NCBI GenBank assembly: GCA_964466465.1
Contig: CAYXNJ010000003.1
Span: 960-64,959, forward strand
Direction of reading: 5' to 3'
DNA: 64,000 nucleotides
Origin: an uncultured Sulfurospirillum sp.
GTDB lineage: Bacteria; Campylobacterota; Campylobacteria; Campylobacterales; Sulfurospirillaceae
In this document: positions 1-8,446 of the stretch, piece by piece
Layout: every line of letters begins with the position of its first letter
How positions within the stretch are numbered: the first letter of the stretch is position 1
The notes under the pieces: model-generated
The model's input: the letters and a program-made list of their open reading frames with translations, nothing else
The model's database searches: none
What the model was told of the DNA's origin: nothing
Made by a program: the position numbers and the translations under genes

Positions 1-527
1 ATCTCTTCCGATGGTTTCATTTTTGAAAAACGAACTCGTTCATAACACGCCCAACAACGATCCGTTAAAAATACACGATGCTTTGGACAAGCATTATAAA
101 AAAGATACCGCCATTGCTTACGCCAATACGGTTGTGAATCTTCAGCTAGACACTTTGGACAAAACATCAGTCCATAGTGTGTTCGCTTATCTTTGAGTTT
201 TCGAATTTGCTTTGGCGGGTATAGGGTGACACTATCTCCCTCAAAAAGATACCCTTCTTCGCTGCGTAGGCTTAATGACTGGAGTGTTTGCACATTCAAG
301 TGGCATTTGGAGGCAAGCTGGCTTATCAATGCCTTAGTGTCATTAAAATCTAAGTCTATACGACTAAGTGCACTGCCATCATGTTTGATAAACAAAGAAA
401 GGAAGGTTGTTAGAGAATAGCCATGAGCGAAAGCCGTTCGTGTTAACCATGAACTCAACAGTTCATTAGGATAAGGATGAGGAATGATTAAGCAATCATA
501 CCCATCAACCCATCCCTTACGTCTCAT
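1..527 (-). CDS. tniQ: TniQ-family target-selector protein, N-terminal 175 aa (truncated by window edge; not in ORF track)
   Basis: Manual translation from ATG at 527 (ATGA overlap with tnsC stop): MRRKGWVDGYDCLIIPHPYPNELLSSWLTRTAFAHG...FCPKCLAEDSQPYWRKQWRYLFYNACPKHRVFLTDRCWAC. Shows the TniQ E-x-LSSWL-x-R motif plus CxxC/CxxH/CxxC zinc ligands; no stop codon down to base 3. Confidence 0.92.
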   Translation of the reverse strand, partial: MRRKGWVDGYDCLIIPHPYPNELLSSWLTRTAFAHGYSLTTFLSLFIKHDGSALSRIDLDFNDTKALISQLASKCHLNVQTLQSLSLRSEEGYLFEGDSVTLYPPKQIRKLKDKRTHYGLMFCPKCLAEDSQPYWRKQWRYLFYNACPKHRVFLTDRCWACYERVRFSKMKPSEE

Positions 528-1393
528 AATTTTGGTAAATACTCAATCTCAGCAGCAGTTATTCTTTCGCGACCCGATTTAATCGCTTTTACAGCTGCTT
601 TTTTCATTAAATTGACAGTCTTACCAATTAATCCTTCTGATTCTTGGTAAATAATATCCACTAAAGGTAGATTATCGGCTATATTTGATGCTTTCTTAAG
701 CGGTAAACAACTCTCATACGAAGCAAGGAATGAACGAAATTTTCTATTATTGCTCCAACGCGGTAGTTCTACTGATGGGAAGCGCGATGCAATTTCATCA
801 TTAATTGTTAAAGCAGAAAAGGCATCGCGTGTTCCTGCAAGAATAATAGCAAGAGAGAGTTTATTGCTGATGTGTTTTAAATCATTGATAAACGTTCGTT
901 GTTTATTGAGGTTGCCTGTTAATGCGCTATGAATTTCATCAATTAATATCATTTTTGTATTAAGTTTACGCAGATAATGTTCTACTAAGCGCGCTTTTTC
1001 CATAGCTTTTTCACTGACTTTATGTGGAACACATAATTCATCGAGGATGAGAGAGTAGAGTCTACCTTCATCGGGTATGGATGGGGCTTCAAAATAGATA
1101 ATTGGAATTTCATGTACTGATTCTTCTTTAGCATTTATTGTTTCAAAGGAGGCTTTATGCTTAGTATAAAATTTTTTTAAAATAGCTGTTTTACCATTAT
1201 TATAATCACTATAGACCAATAAGCCTTCATTTCTCAATTGACTTGGTTCATGAAACTTATCTTCTAATATTTCAAGAAGTTTCATTGCCGAAGCATAAGT
1301 AATCCACTGGTCTTTTTTACAATATGCTACTCTTTCTGCATCACTTTTTTCTAAATAGCTTAGGGCCGCTTTTGTGAGACGTCGACTACTCAT
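524..1393 (-). CDS. tnsC: TnsC/TniB-family AAA+ ATPase
   Basis: Walker A-like SDYNNGKT, Walker B MILIDEIH, TniB-like N-terminus (ERVAYCKKDQWITY); directly downstream of tnsB. Confidence 0.9.
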   Translation of the reverse strand: MSSRRLTKAALSYLEKSDAERVAYCKKDQWITYASAMKLLEILEDKFHEPSQLRNEGLLVYSDYNNGKTAILKKFYTKHKASFETINAKEESVHEIPIIYFEAPSIPDEGRLYSLILDELCVPHKVSEKAMEKARLVEHYLRKLNTKMILIDEIHSALTGNLNKQRTFINDLKHISNKLSLAIILAGTRDAFSALTINDEIASRFPSVELPRWSNNRKFRSFLASYESCLPLKKASNIADNLPLVDIIYQESEGLIGKTVNLMKKAAVKAIKSGRERITAAEIEYLPKL

Positions 1394-3285
1394 AATACTT
1401 CATCCACAGGGTAATAATCATACCCTTCTCTATCATCATCATCTATTTCTTGAATAATCAGCTTTTCATCACGAGATATTGGCTCTTTTTTCAAGATTTT
1501 CTCTTCGTACTCAAGTATCTTTTTCGTATGTTGCTTTGAACTATTACGCCTTAGTGTAGAACGCTTTTCGCGTTTTGCTTTTTCAACATAGGTGCTCAAT
1601 CTTTCATAACTTCTAAAAATATCATGCATCTCTAGTTCTCGCCCTATAACTTCTTTTTTTGCATCAGCAATAGATTTTCGAAGCTCTGATAAATTGATTG
1701 CTGGTTTTCGAATATCACTATAGGGGACAATAATATAATCATTAATATCTGGATCATACACATATAATTTACTAATATCTCTAGGGTCTCTTCGGAACAT
1801 GACAGATTTTGTGTGAATTTTAGCAGAGAGTTTTTTATATTCCGAAGGAACAATCCACTTCCGAAGCGTTTCAGAAAAATACGTAATGTAATCAATGGTA
1901 ATGCCATTTTTCTGAACAGTGCGCTCAAACGCTGGTAAAAGAGCCATGCGAAGCTTTATTGTATTTGCAGGGGCTGATGGCAAAAATGGAATTGTTCCAT
2001 CACCCACACCTAAAAACGCTTGGTAAAACTTTTCCTCAGGGCTCATTCCAAGCGAACTGTGTTCAGTTTTATGATAAATATTAATCACAAAATCAAGATA
2101 CCATTGCTCTAGTTCTTGAATTGTCATGCTTGCATGATATTCAGAATCATAGGTACCTTTTTGTTTTATGTTGGAGAATGTGGTTCCTGGCAATTGATGG
2201 ACTGCTTTCATATGCGTTTCAATCACACGTTCAATCATGCCACCGTATTCAGGGTGTGCCACAGGTCGGTATTGATTTTCGATGCTGTATTCTTGACAAA
2301 ACTTCTCTAATGAGGTTGAACGAAACTCTTTGGCATTATCCATGTGTACTTTGCGAGGCAAGCCATACACTGGCCATTCTCCTTGAATGTTGTGGTAATG
2401 CAGAAGATCTTCTTTGGGTAAAATCGCATTCAGTAAGCATTGTCCTACACTAAAAAAATTAATTGATTCTAATGAAATATAAAAACCGTAAATCATTCGG
2501 CTATAAACATCAATTGCAACCGTAATATTAGGTCTGCCAATCGTTTCTCTTGTAATTTCATCTACGAGCATAACATCAACTTTTGTGTGATCAATCTGAA
2601 TAATATCTAAGGGCATTTTGACTTTTGGGAATTTTCCAGGCATTCCTCTTGTATCGCGCACACTAACATTTTTACGATATTTGGCAACTAATTTTGGATG
2701 TATTTTTTTTAGACGTGTACGAATAGTATTATCAGTAGGTGGAGTTTGATTGGCATAGCGACACTTTTCAACTATTTTTTGATAGATAACTGAAATAGGA
2801 TATTGTTGCTCATCCAAATAAAAATCTTCAAACACAGACTCAATAATTGCCTCAACAGATTTATCTAGGCGTCCTTTCAATTTTCCACCACAATTTTTAT
2901 ATGCCGTTGCCAATGAACTCACTGTTCCATAGGTTTCATATTTCTCTAGCCATCGATAAATAGTAGCCACCCCTTTGCTATGCTTATCGGCGACTGCTTG
3001 TATATCTTGTGTTGATCGTTTTTCAATATCAAGTAGTGGTTTTATAATATGATATCTCTCTAGTGCCTTTTTGTATTCTTTGTCATCCAAATCAACTAGA
3101 TGCTCAACCTTTGAAGTTGCATTTTTGGATTCTTTGATAAGTGTATTCACCTTAACAATGCACTCTTTATAAGGCTTTTCAACAGATTTCAAAAGCACTT
3201 CATTAAATGATGAATACGCTTTAATCGTGTAAAGTTTATCTTGATGAAACACGCTTGTGCCAATTTTAAAGCTAATAACGTTCAT
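1390..3285 (-). CDS. tnsB: TnsB/TniA Mu-family DDE transposase
   Basis: 631 aa; IQIDHT, HMDNAKEF and GGMIER DDE motifs; HTH-like region (VATIYRWL); C-terminal RDPRDIS Mu-transposase motif. Confidence 0.93.
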   Translation of the reverse strand: MNVISFKIGTSVFHQDKLYTIKAYSSFNEVLLKSVEKPYKECIVKVNTLIKESKNATSKVEHLVDLDDKEYKKALERYHIIKPLLDIEKRSTQDIQAVADKHSKGVATIYRWLEKYETYGTVSSLATAYKNCGGKLKGRLDKSVEAIIESVFEDFYLDEQQYPISVIYQKIVEKCRYANQTPPTDNTIRTRLKKIHPKLVAKYRKNVSVRDTRGMPGKFPKVKMPLDIIQIDHTKVDVMLVDEITRETIGRPNITVAIDVYSRMIYGFYISLESINFFSVGQCLLNAILPKEDLLHYHNIQGEWPVYGLPRKVHMDNAKEFRSTSLEKFCQEYSIENQYRPVAHPEYGGMIERVIETHMKAVHQLPGTTFSNIKQKGTYDSEYHASMTIQELEQWYLDFVINIYHKTEHSSLGMSPEEKFYQAFLGVGDGTIPFLPSAPANTIKLRMALLPAFERTVQKNGITIDYITYFSETLRKWIVPSEYKKLSAKIHTKSVMFRRDPRDISKLYVYDPDINDYIIVPYSDIRKPAINLSELRKSIADAKKEVIGRELEMHDIFRSYERLSTYVEKAKREKRSTLRRNSSKQHTKKILEYEEKILKKEPISRDEKLIIQEIDDDDREGYDYYPVDEVL

Positions 3286-3940
3286 GATTTATCCAAACTA
3301 GTGAATTCATTGTCAATTCATCTTGATAAAAATCTGTGCATAATTTTCCATTGGACACTAGGCTCCAAATAGCATTTGCAACTTGCAAATATTCCATCTT
3401 GGATTGAGCAATCAAGTTAGCTAATTGAAAAGCAGTCATAGGTTCTTTTGCAAAATCCAAAATTTTTTCATCATTTCTAGTATCTAATGATTGTGTTTTA
3501 TAGCGATATAAGAAGTCAAGATTTTCAATATAACTTTTTGGAAAAGTTTCATCAGTGTAGAGTATAAATTCCATTCCCATATATTCTACGGATGCTTGAA
3601 TACTTTTAAACTTTTGTTCAAATTTTTCTTTGTCTTTATTGATTTCAGTAAGATATTTCACTTCAACGATAGTCTCTTTTTTCAAAGTATCTTTGCAATA
3701 TTTAATGAGGCAATCAGCACTGTATGTTCGTATACTACCATCATAATCAATTTTAAGTTGTGGCTGTTCTATGTAAGTTTCTACTGAGTTGTCAAATTCT
3801 AGCGTCAAGAAGAGACTTCTTTCCAGAAGTGACTCAAAAGCTATAGAGGATTTATTTTTTACACTTGGGAAAGATCCTGTAACAGAGCGATAATTTTTTG
3901 TTATTTTACGCTGAGAAAATACTTTATGATCTGCTTCCAT
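3272..3940 (-). CDS. tnsA: TnsA endonuclease (PD-(D/E)xK fold)
   Basis: RKITKNYRSVTG, FESLLE, EQP, YSADCLI and VEVKY motifs; start moved to ATG 3940, which follows AAGGAG (the track start at 4012 is a TTG inside a TnsB site). Confidence 0.88.
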   Translation of the reverse strand: MEADHKVFSQRKITKNYRSVTGSFPSVKNKSSIAFESLLERSLFLTLEFDNSVETYIEQPQLKIDYDGSIRTYSADCLIKYCKDTLKKETIVEVKYLTEINKDKEKFEQKFKSIQASVEYMGMEFILYTDETFPKSYIENLDFLYRYKTQSLDTRNDEKILDFAKEPMTAFQLANLIAQSKMEYLQVANAIWSLVSNGKLCTDFYQDELTMNSLVWINHERY

Positions 3941-3964
3941 GGCTGATATTATCTCCTTTGGATA

Positions 3965-3973
3965 ATTATACCA
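3965..3973 (-). promoter_or_regulatory. Extended -10 (TGnTATAAT) for the tns operon
   Basis: TGGTATAAT on the minus strand just upstream of the tnsA RBS. Confidence 0.55.
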
Positions 3974-4004
3974 CTTAATCAAGAAAAATATTTTATTTCT
4001 GCGC

Positions 4005-4153
4005 ATTATCAAACTTTAATGCAAATATATTAGACTATTTTTTTTTAAACAAACCTGCTTTACTTACAATTGTTAATCTCAGCCAATATAAAAATAGTGT
4101 ACAATGGAACAAAATATGAAAATATAGATTATCAAACTTTATTTATATCAACA
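4005..4153 (-). repeat. Transposon end: TGTTGATA terminus plus two TnsB-binding repeats
   Basis: Plus-strand ATTATCAAACTTTA occurs at 4005-4018 and 4128-4141; the outer copy is followed by TTTATATCAACA ending at 4153. Confidence 0.8.
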
Positions 4154-4263
4154 TATTTAATAAAAAATAAAATTGTAACAAATAGTTAATGACGTACATC
4201 ATAGATTCTTAATAAAAGATGCGATAAAATTGTCACAAATTAAACTACACGAAAGGAAAAAGA

Positions 4264-4770
4264 ATGGCTGTTGAACAAAGCAGAAGAGACTTTATCGGCA
4301 TGGCATTCGGCGGTTTTGCAGCGGCGGGTGGCGTAGTAGCCCTTGGCGCTATGAAAAAGACTTGGGATCCACTTCCAAGTGTACAATCTGCTGGATTCAT
4401 CACCGTTGACCTCTCTCCAATGAAAGAAGGGGAAGTCCAAACGATCCAATGGAGGGGCAAACCTATTTTCATTTTGAAGAAAAGTGCAGATATGCAAAAG
4501 AATGAGAAACGTGACGTTGTTGCGGGTAAGAACAGCTATACCGTTGTCATTGGTCTTTGCACACACCTTGGATGTATTCCAACATGGACACCTGCGACCA
4601 AGCAATTCAAATGCGCCTGTCATGGTGGCGAGTTTGACGCTAGTGGCGTAAACACTTTCGGTCCTCCTCCACGCCCTATGGATATTCCTCCATTTAAAAT
4701 TGATGGTGAGAAACTTGTCCTTGGTGAAGAAGGTCCTGAGTATAAAAAGCTAACAGCTAAAAAAGCGTAA
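4264..4770 (+). CDS. petA: Rieske Fe-S subunit of menaquinol:cytochrome c reductase
   Basis: Tat signal SRRDF; CTHLGC and CACHG Rieske motifs. Confidence 0.97.
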   Translation: MAVEQSRRDFIGMAFGGFAAAGGVVALGAMKKTWDPLPSVQSAGFITVDLSPMKEGEVQTIQWRGKPIFILKKSADMQKNEKRDVVAGKNSYTVVIGLCTHLGCIPTWTPATKQFKCACHGGEFDASGVNTFGPPPRPMDIPPFKIDGEKLVLGEEGPEYKKLTAKKA

Positions 4771-4781
4771 AGGAGGCAGCC

Positions 4782-6038
4782 ATGGCAGAAATTAAAAAAG
4801 CAGAAGGCATTATCGACTGGCTCGATCAACGCTTGGCAGTGAAAGTATTGACCAAAGTCTTGATGACAGAGTATTGGATTCCTAAAAACATCAACTTCCT
4901 TTGGGCAATGGGTGTTGTTCTTGTTGTTTTGTTTAAAATCCTGATTATCTCAGGTATTTTTCTTTTAATGTACTACAAACCAGACATTAAACTCGCGTTT
5001 GACAGTGTTAACTACACGATTATGCAAGAGGTAGAGTACGGCTGGTTATGGAGACATATGCACGGTGTTGCAGCGTCTGCTATTTTCCTTGTCATTTACA
5101 TCCATATGTTTACAGGTATCTATTACGGCTCTTATAAAAAAGGTCGTGAAATGATCTGGCTTACAGGTATGGCACTCTTTGGTATCTTCTCAGCAGAAGC
5201 GTTTAGTGGTTATATGCTTCCATGGGGACAGATGAGCTACTGGGCAGCACAAGTTATTACCAACCTTTTTGGTGGTATTCCTTTCATTGGTGAAGCACTT
5301 GTTATTTGGATCAGAGGTGACTTCTTGGTTGCTGATGCAACATTGACACGTTTCTTTATGCTGCATGTTCTCTTATTACCATTAGTAATTATTCTTTTAA
5401 TCGCAATTCACTTCTACTCGTTGAGAATCCCTCACGTCAACAATCAAGAATCAGAAGAGCTTGATTTCGATGTTGAAGCGAAAAAATATTTAGAAGGTAA
5501 AAAAGTAGAATCTAAAGTAGTCCCTTTCTGGCCAGTGTTCCTCTCTAAAGATTTCTTTGTTGTAGGTGTGGCATTAACACTTTTCTTCTACCTTGTTTGT
5601 TTCCACTTTGATTTTGCAATGGATCCAATTAACTTTGAACCTGCAAACAATATGAAAACCCCAGCACACATCTACCCTGAGTGGTACTTCTTGTGGAGTT
5701 ATGAAGTGTTACGTGGTTTCTTCTTTGATGTCGGTGGTATTGCCGCTATGGATATCGGTCTTGCAGCATTTGGTTTTGCAAACGTTATCTTTATGATTCT
5801 ACCATTCCTTGATAGAAACACAGAGCATACAGCACCTGCACACAAACGTCCAGCATTCTTTGTATGGTTCTGGTTATTACTCATTGATATGATTGTTTTA
5901 ACGGTTTATGGAAAGCTTCCTCCAACAGGTGCAAACGCATGGGTTGGATTTGGTGCTGCGCTTACCTTTATCGTGTTATTTATTGTTCTTCCAATCATCA
6001 CTAAAATGGAAGCTAAATGTAATGGGGGTTGCAAATGA
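4782..6038 (+). CDS. petB: Cytochrome b subunit
   Basis: GWLWRHMH, GYMLPWGQMSYW and PEWY motifs. Confidence 0.97.
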   Translation: MAEIKKAEGIIDWLDQRLAVKVLTKVLMTEYWIPKNINFLWAMGVVLVVLFKILIISGIFLLMYYKPDIKLAFDSVNYTIMQEVEYGWLWRHMHGVAASAIFLVIYIHMFTGIYYGSYKKGREMIWLTGMALFGIFSAEAFSGYMLPWGQMSYWAAQVITNLFGGIPFIGEALVIWIRGDFLVADATLTRFFMLHVLLLPLVIILLIAIHFYSLRIPHVNNQESEELDFDVEAKKYLEGKKVESKVVPFWPVFLSKDFFVVGVALTLFFYLVCFHFDFAMDPINFEPANNMKTPAHIYPEWYFLWSYEVLRGFFFDVGGIAAMDIGLAAFGFANVIFMILPFLDRNTEHTAPAHKRPAFFVWFWLLLIDMIVLTVYGKLPPTGANAWVGFGAALTFIVLFIVLPIITKMEAKCNGGCK

Positions 6039-6904
6039 GAGAATTAAAAATATTAGCGGTTGTAATCTTCTTTACAGCTGTTGTGTATTGGGGCGTAGAG
6101 CCATTTGCTCATTCACAAATGCACCCTCATGTTGCTCCTGCTGATTTTACATTTAAAGATCTTGGTGCTTCTGCTAAGAAAGGTGATGCCGCAAAAGGCG
6201 CTGAAACCTTCATGAGTGCAGGCTGTATTGGTTGTCATAGTGTAAGCTCTCAAGGTATGGCTGCGCCTATGGACAATGCAAGTGCTTCTGCAAGCTTTGG
6301 TGTTACGCCACCTGATCTTAGCAGTGCAGGTGCAATCTATGATAAAAACTATTTAGCTGCGCTAATTAAAGAGCCAACAAAGGCACTTAAAGTAGAACAT
6401 AAATTCAACGAAAGTCGTCCACATCCAATGATTGCATTCTTTGGACTTGGTGGAGACATTGATCAAGAAGTAGCAGACATTGTTGCGTATCTTCAGAGTA
6501 TCGCACCTGTTGCTCCAATGGATGACAAACAAGTGTATGCAGATGCGTGTCAGAGATGTCATGATATGAAATATGACAAATTGATGAGCACTACAGATAA
6601 AGCAGCATTAATGGCATATATGGGCACCTTGCCACCAGATCTTTCAATGATGATTCGTTCAAAAGGGAAAGAGTATCTTTCAACCTTTATCAACAATCCA
6701 CAAAAACAACTTGCAGGCACTTCTATGCCTCGTGTTGGTTTGACTGAAAAAGCTCAAAATCAAGTCATCGCCTATATGGAAAAAGTAGGTGATCGCAAAA
6801 AAGCTGAAAGAGAAGACCTTGGGTATAAACTCATTGGTTATATGGTTCTCTTTACGCTTTTAGCATATGCTTGGAAAGTTAAAATCTGGAGAGAAGTTCA
6901 CTAA
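6035..6904 (+). CDS. petC: Diheme cytochrome c1-type subunit
   Basis: CIGCH and CQRCH heme motifs, PPDLS, C-terminal TM helix; ATG 6035 overlaps the petB stop. Confidence 0.95.
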   Translation: MRELKILAVVIFFTAVVYWGVEPFAHSQMHPHVAPADFTFKDLGASAKKGDAAKGAETFMSAGCIGCHSVSSQGMAAPMDNASASASFGVTPPDLSSAGAIYDKNYLAALIKEPTKALKVEHKFNESRPHPMIAFFGLGGDIDQEVADIVAYLQSIAPVAPMDDKQVYADACQRCHDMKYDKLMSTTDKAALMAYMGTLPPDLSMMIRSKGKEYLSTFINNPQKQLAGTSMPRVGLTEKAQNQVIAYMEKVGDRKKAEREDLGYKLIGYMVLFTLLAYAWKVKIWREVH

Positions 6905-6947
6905 GAACTTTTGACTCGTTTTAAGCGCCTTTATACTGCCTCTTTTC

Positions 6948-6974
6948 GACTCTTAGGTCAATCACCTAAGAGTC
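6948..6974. terminator. Hairpin after petC
   Basis: GACTCTTAGGT-caatc-ACCTAAGAGTC. Confidence 0.6.
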
Positions 6975-7050
6975 CTGCCTTTTATATAGAATTGATACTA
7001 TAAATGTTCATATCTGCGACGCAAAAATGGTTTTAAAAAAGGAGGAACTT

Positions 7051-7455
7051 ATGAAAAAATACACACTATTACTTACTTCTCTCGCTCTATGTAGCGCTCT
7101 TCATGCCTCAGAGGCTGAAAAAGTCAACGCAATGGTAATGCTCAATATGGAAAATGGTTTGGCAAATATTCAAAAAGGCTTTTTATACAACAATCTTGAT
7201 TTGATTAAAAGTGGTGTTGATATTGTTCAAAAAGAGAATGCAACGTATCATAATCGAGAAGTTATAAAGTCGATTTTGCCTGATAATAAAAAACAGATGG
7301 AAAATTTAGCACTTATTACATCAAAACGTATTGAAAATGCTGCAGATGAAATGAAAAGCTACTTGGCACTTAAACAGATGAAAAAAGCTCATAATGCCTT
7401 TTCAGATATGGTAAATGCTTGTACAGATTGTCATACACTTATTCGTGGTTGGTAA
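7051..7455 (+). CDS. Periplasmic class II (cytochrome c'-like) monoheme cytochrome c
   Basis: Signal peptide, helical body, C-terminal CTDCH; GGAGG RBS before ATG 7051. Confidence 0.75.
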   Translation: MKKYTLLLTSLALCSALHASEAEKVNAMVMLNMENGLANIQKGFLYNNLDLIKSGVDIVQKENATYHNREVIKSILPDNKKQMENLALITSKRIENAADEMKSYLALKQMKKAHNAFSDMVNACTDCHTLIRGW

Positions 7456-7479
7456 GTAATTTACGTAGAAAAGAAGTAA

Positions 7480-7506
7480 AACGCTAAGAGAAAATCTCTT
7501 AGCGTT
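7480..7506. terminator. Bidirectional hairpin between convergent cytochrome c gene and accA
   Basis: AACGCTAAGAGA-aaa-TCTCTTAGCGTT. Confidence 0.7.
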
Positions 7507-8437
7507 CCTCATATGCTCCAATAGAAGTAATTCTCTCATAACGCTTTGCCATTCTCTCATCGGGACTCAGTTTATCAAGTTCTTCTAAAGATTTTAAGAA
7601 ATACTCTCCAAGTGCTTTGGCTGCGCTCTCTTTATCACGATGTGCTCCAATAAGTGGCTCATCAATAATTGCATCAATTAGGTTTAACTGGTGTAAGTCT
7701 TCAGCTGTAATTTTCATCGCTTTAGTCGCATTTTCTTGCTTACTTGGGTCATTCCATAAAATAGCGGCACAACCCTCTGGAGAAATAACAGAAAAGACAG
7801 AGTAACGCATCATAGCGACACGATCGCTCACACCAATAGCGAGCGCTCCACCACTTCCACCTTCTCCAATCACAACAGAAACACTTTTTGTGTTAAGACG
7901 ACTTAACTCAAAAAGGTTCTTAGCAATCGCTTCACTTTGCCCTCTCTCTTCTGCAGCAATACCAGGATAAGCACCTGGAGTGTCAATTAAGAAAAGAATT
8001 GGAAGATCAAATTTTTCTGCCATTTTAGCAATTCTAAGTGCTTTACGATAACCCTCGGGATGCGGCATACCAAAATTTCGTTTAATTTTATTTTTCGTAC
8101 CGCGACCTTTTTGCTCACCAATGACAAGCACTTTTCGTTCGCCAATATACCCGATGTAAGCAACAATGGCAGCATCATCCGCAAAGTTACGATCACCATG
8201 AATTTCGTAGCCGTCTTTTAAAAGAGCACGAATATAATCTAATGCGTATGGACGATCAGGATGACGTGCAAGTTGCAGTTTCTGGTATTCACTTAGATTT
8301 TTATAGGTTTTAGAAATTTCTTTTGCGAGTGTTTTTTCTAAAATTTCAACGGCATGGCTATCGCCTTTGATTTTGGCGTTAGAAATATCCTCATCAATTT
8401 GTTTAATTCCATTCTCAAAATCCAAATAAGTAGCCAC
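7499..8437 (-). CDS. accA: Acetyl-CoA carboxylase carboxyltransferase alpha
   Basis: [21 protein letters not shown] and GEGGSGGAL motifs. Confidence 0.97.
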   Translation of the reverse strand: MATYLDFENGIKQIDEDISNAKIKGDSHAVEILEKTLAKEISKTYKNLSEYQKLQLARHPDRPYALDYIRALLKDGYEIHGDRNFADDAAIVAYIGYIGERKVLVIGEQKGRGTKNKIKRNFGMPHPEGYRKALRIAKMAEKFDLPILFLIDTPGAYPGIAAEERGQSEAIAKNLFELSRLNTKSVSVVIGEGGSGGALAIGVSDRVAMMRYSVFSVISPEGCAAILWNDPSKQENATKAMKITAEDLHQLNLIDAIIDEPLIGAHRDKESAAKALGEYFLKSLEELDKLSPDERMAKRYERITSIGAYEER

Positions 8438-8446
8438 TAGAATTCC

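Larger units (their letters stand above)
1..4153 (-). mobile_element. Tn7-like transposon (tnsA-tnsB-tnsC-tniQ), tnsA-proximal portion; continues past the left edge
   Basis: Four overlapping tns-type ORFs on the minus strand; terminus 5'-TGTTGATA at 4153; repeated TAAAGTTTGATAAT sites; AT-rich relative to neighbouring genes. Confidence 0.93.

Noticed and set aside
382-391. TGTTTGATAA resembling a TnsB site or second transposon end
   Set aside because: It is a single partial copy inside the tniQ coding frame and is not preceded by TATTT.
11-420. Plus-strand ORFs 11-196 and 193-420 in the track
   Set aside because: They are antisense shadows of the tniQ reading frame.
4174-4206. TGTAAC-N5-GTTAAT upstream of petA as a Pho box
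   Set aside because: The second half-site is poor and there is no -10 at the N10 position.
6035-6904. Two heme motifs in cytochrome c1 as a novelty
   Set aside because: Diheme QcrC/PetC is already known in Campylobacterota.
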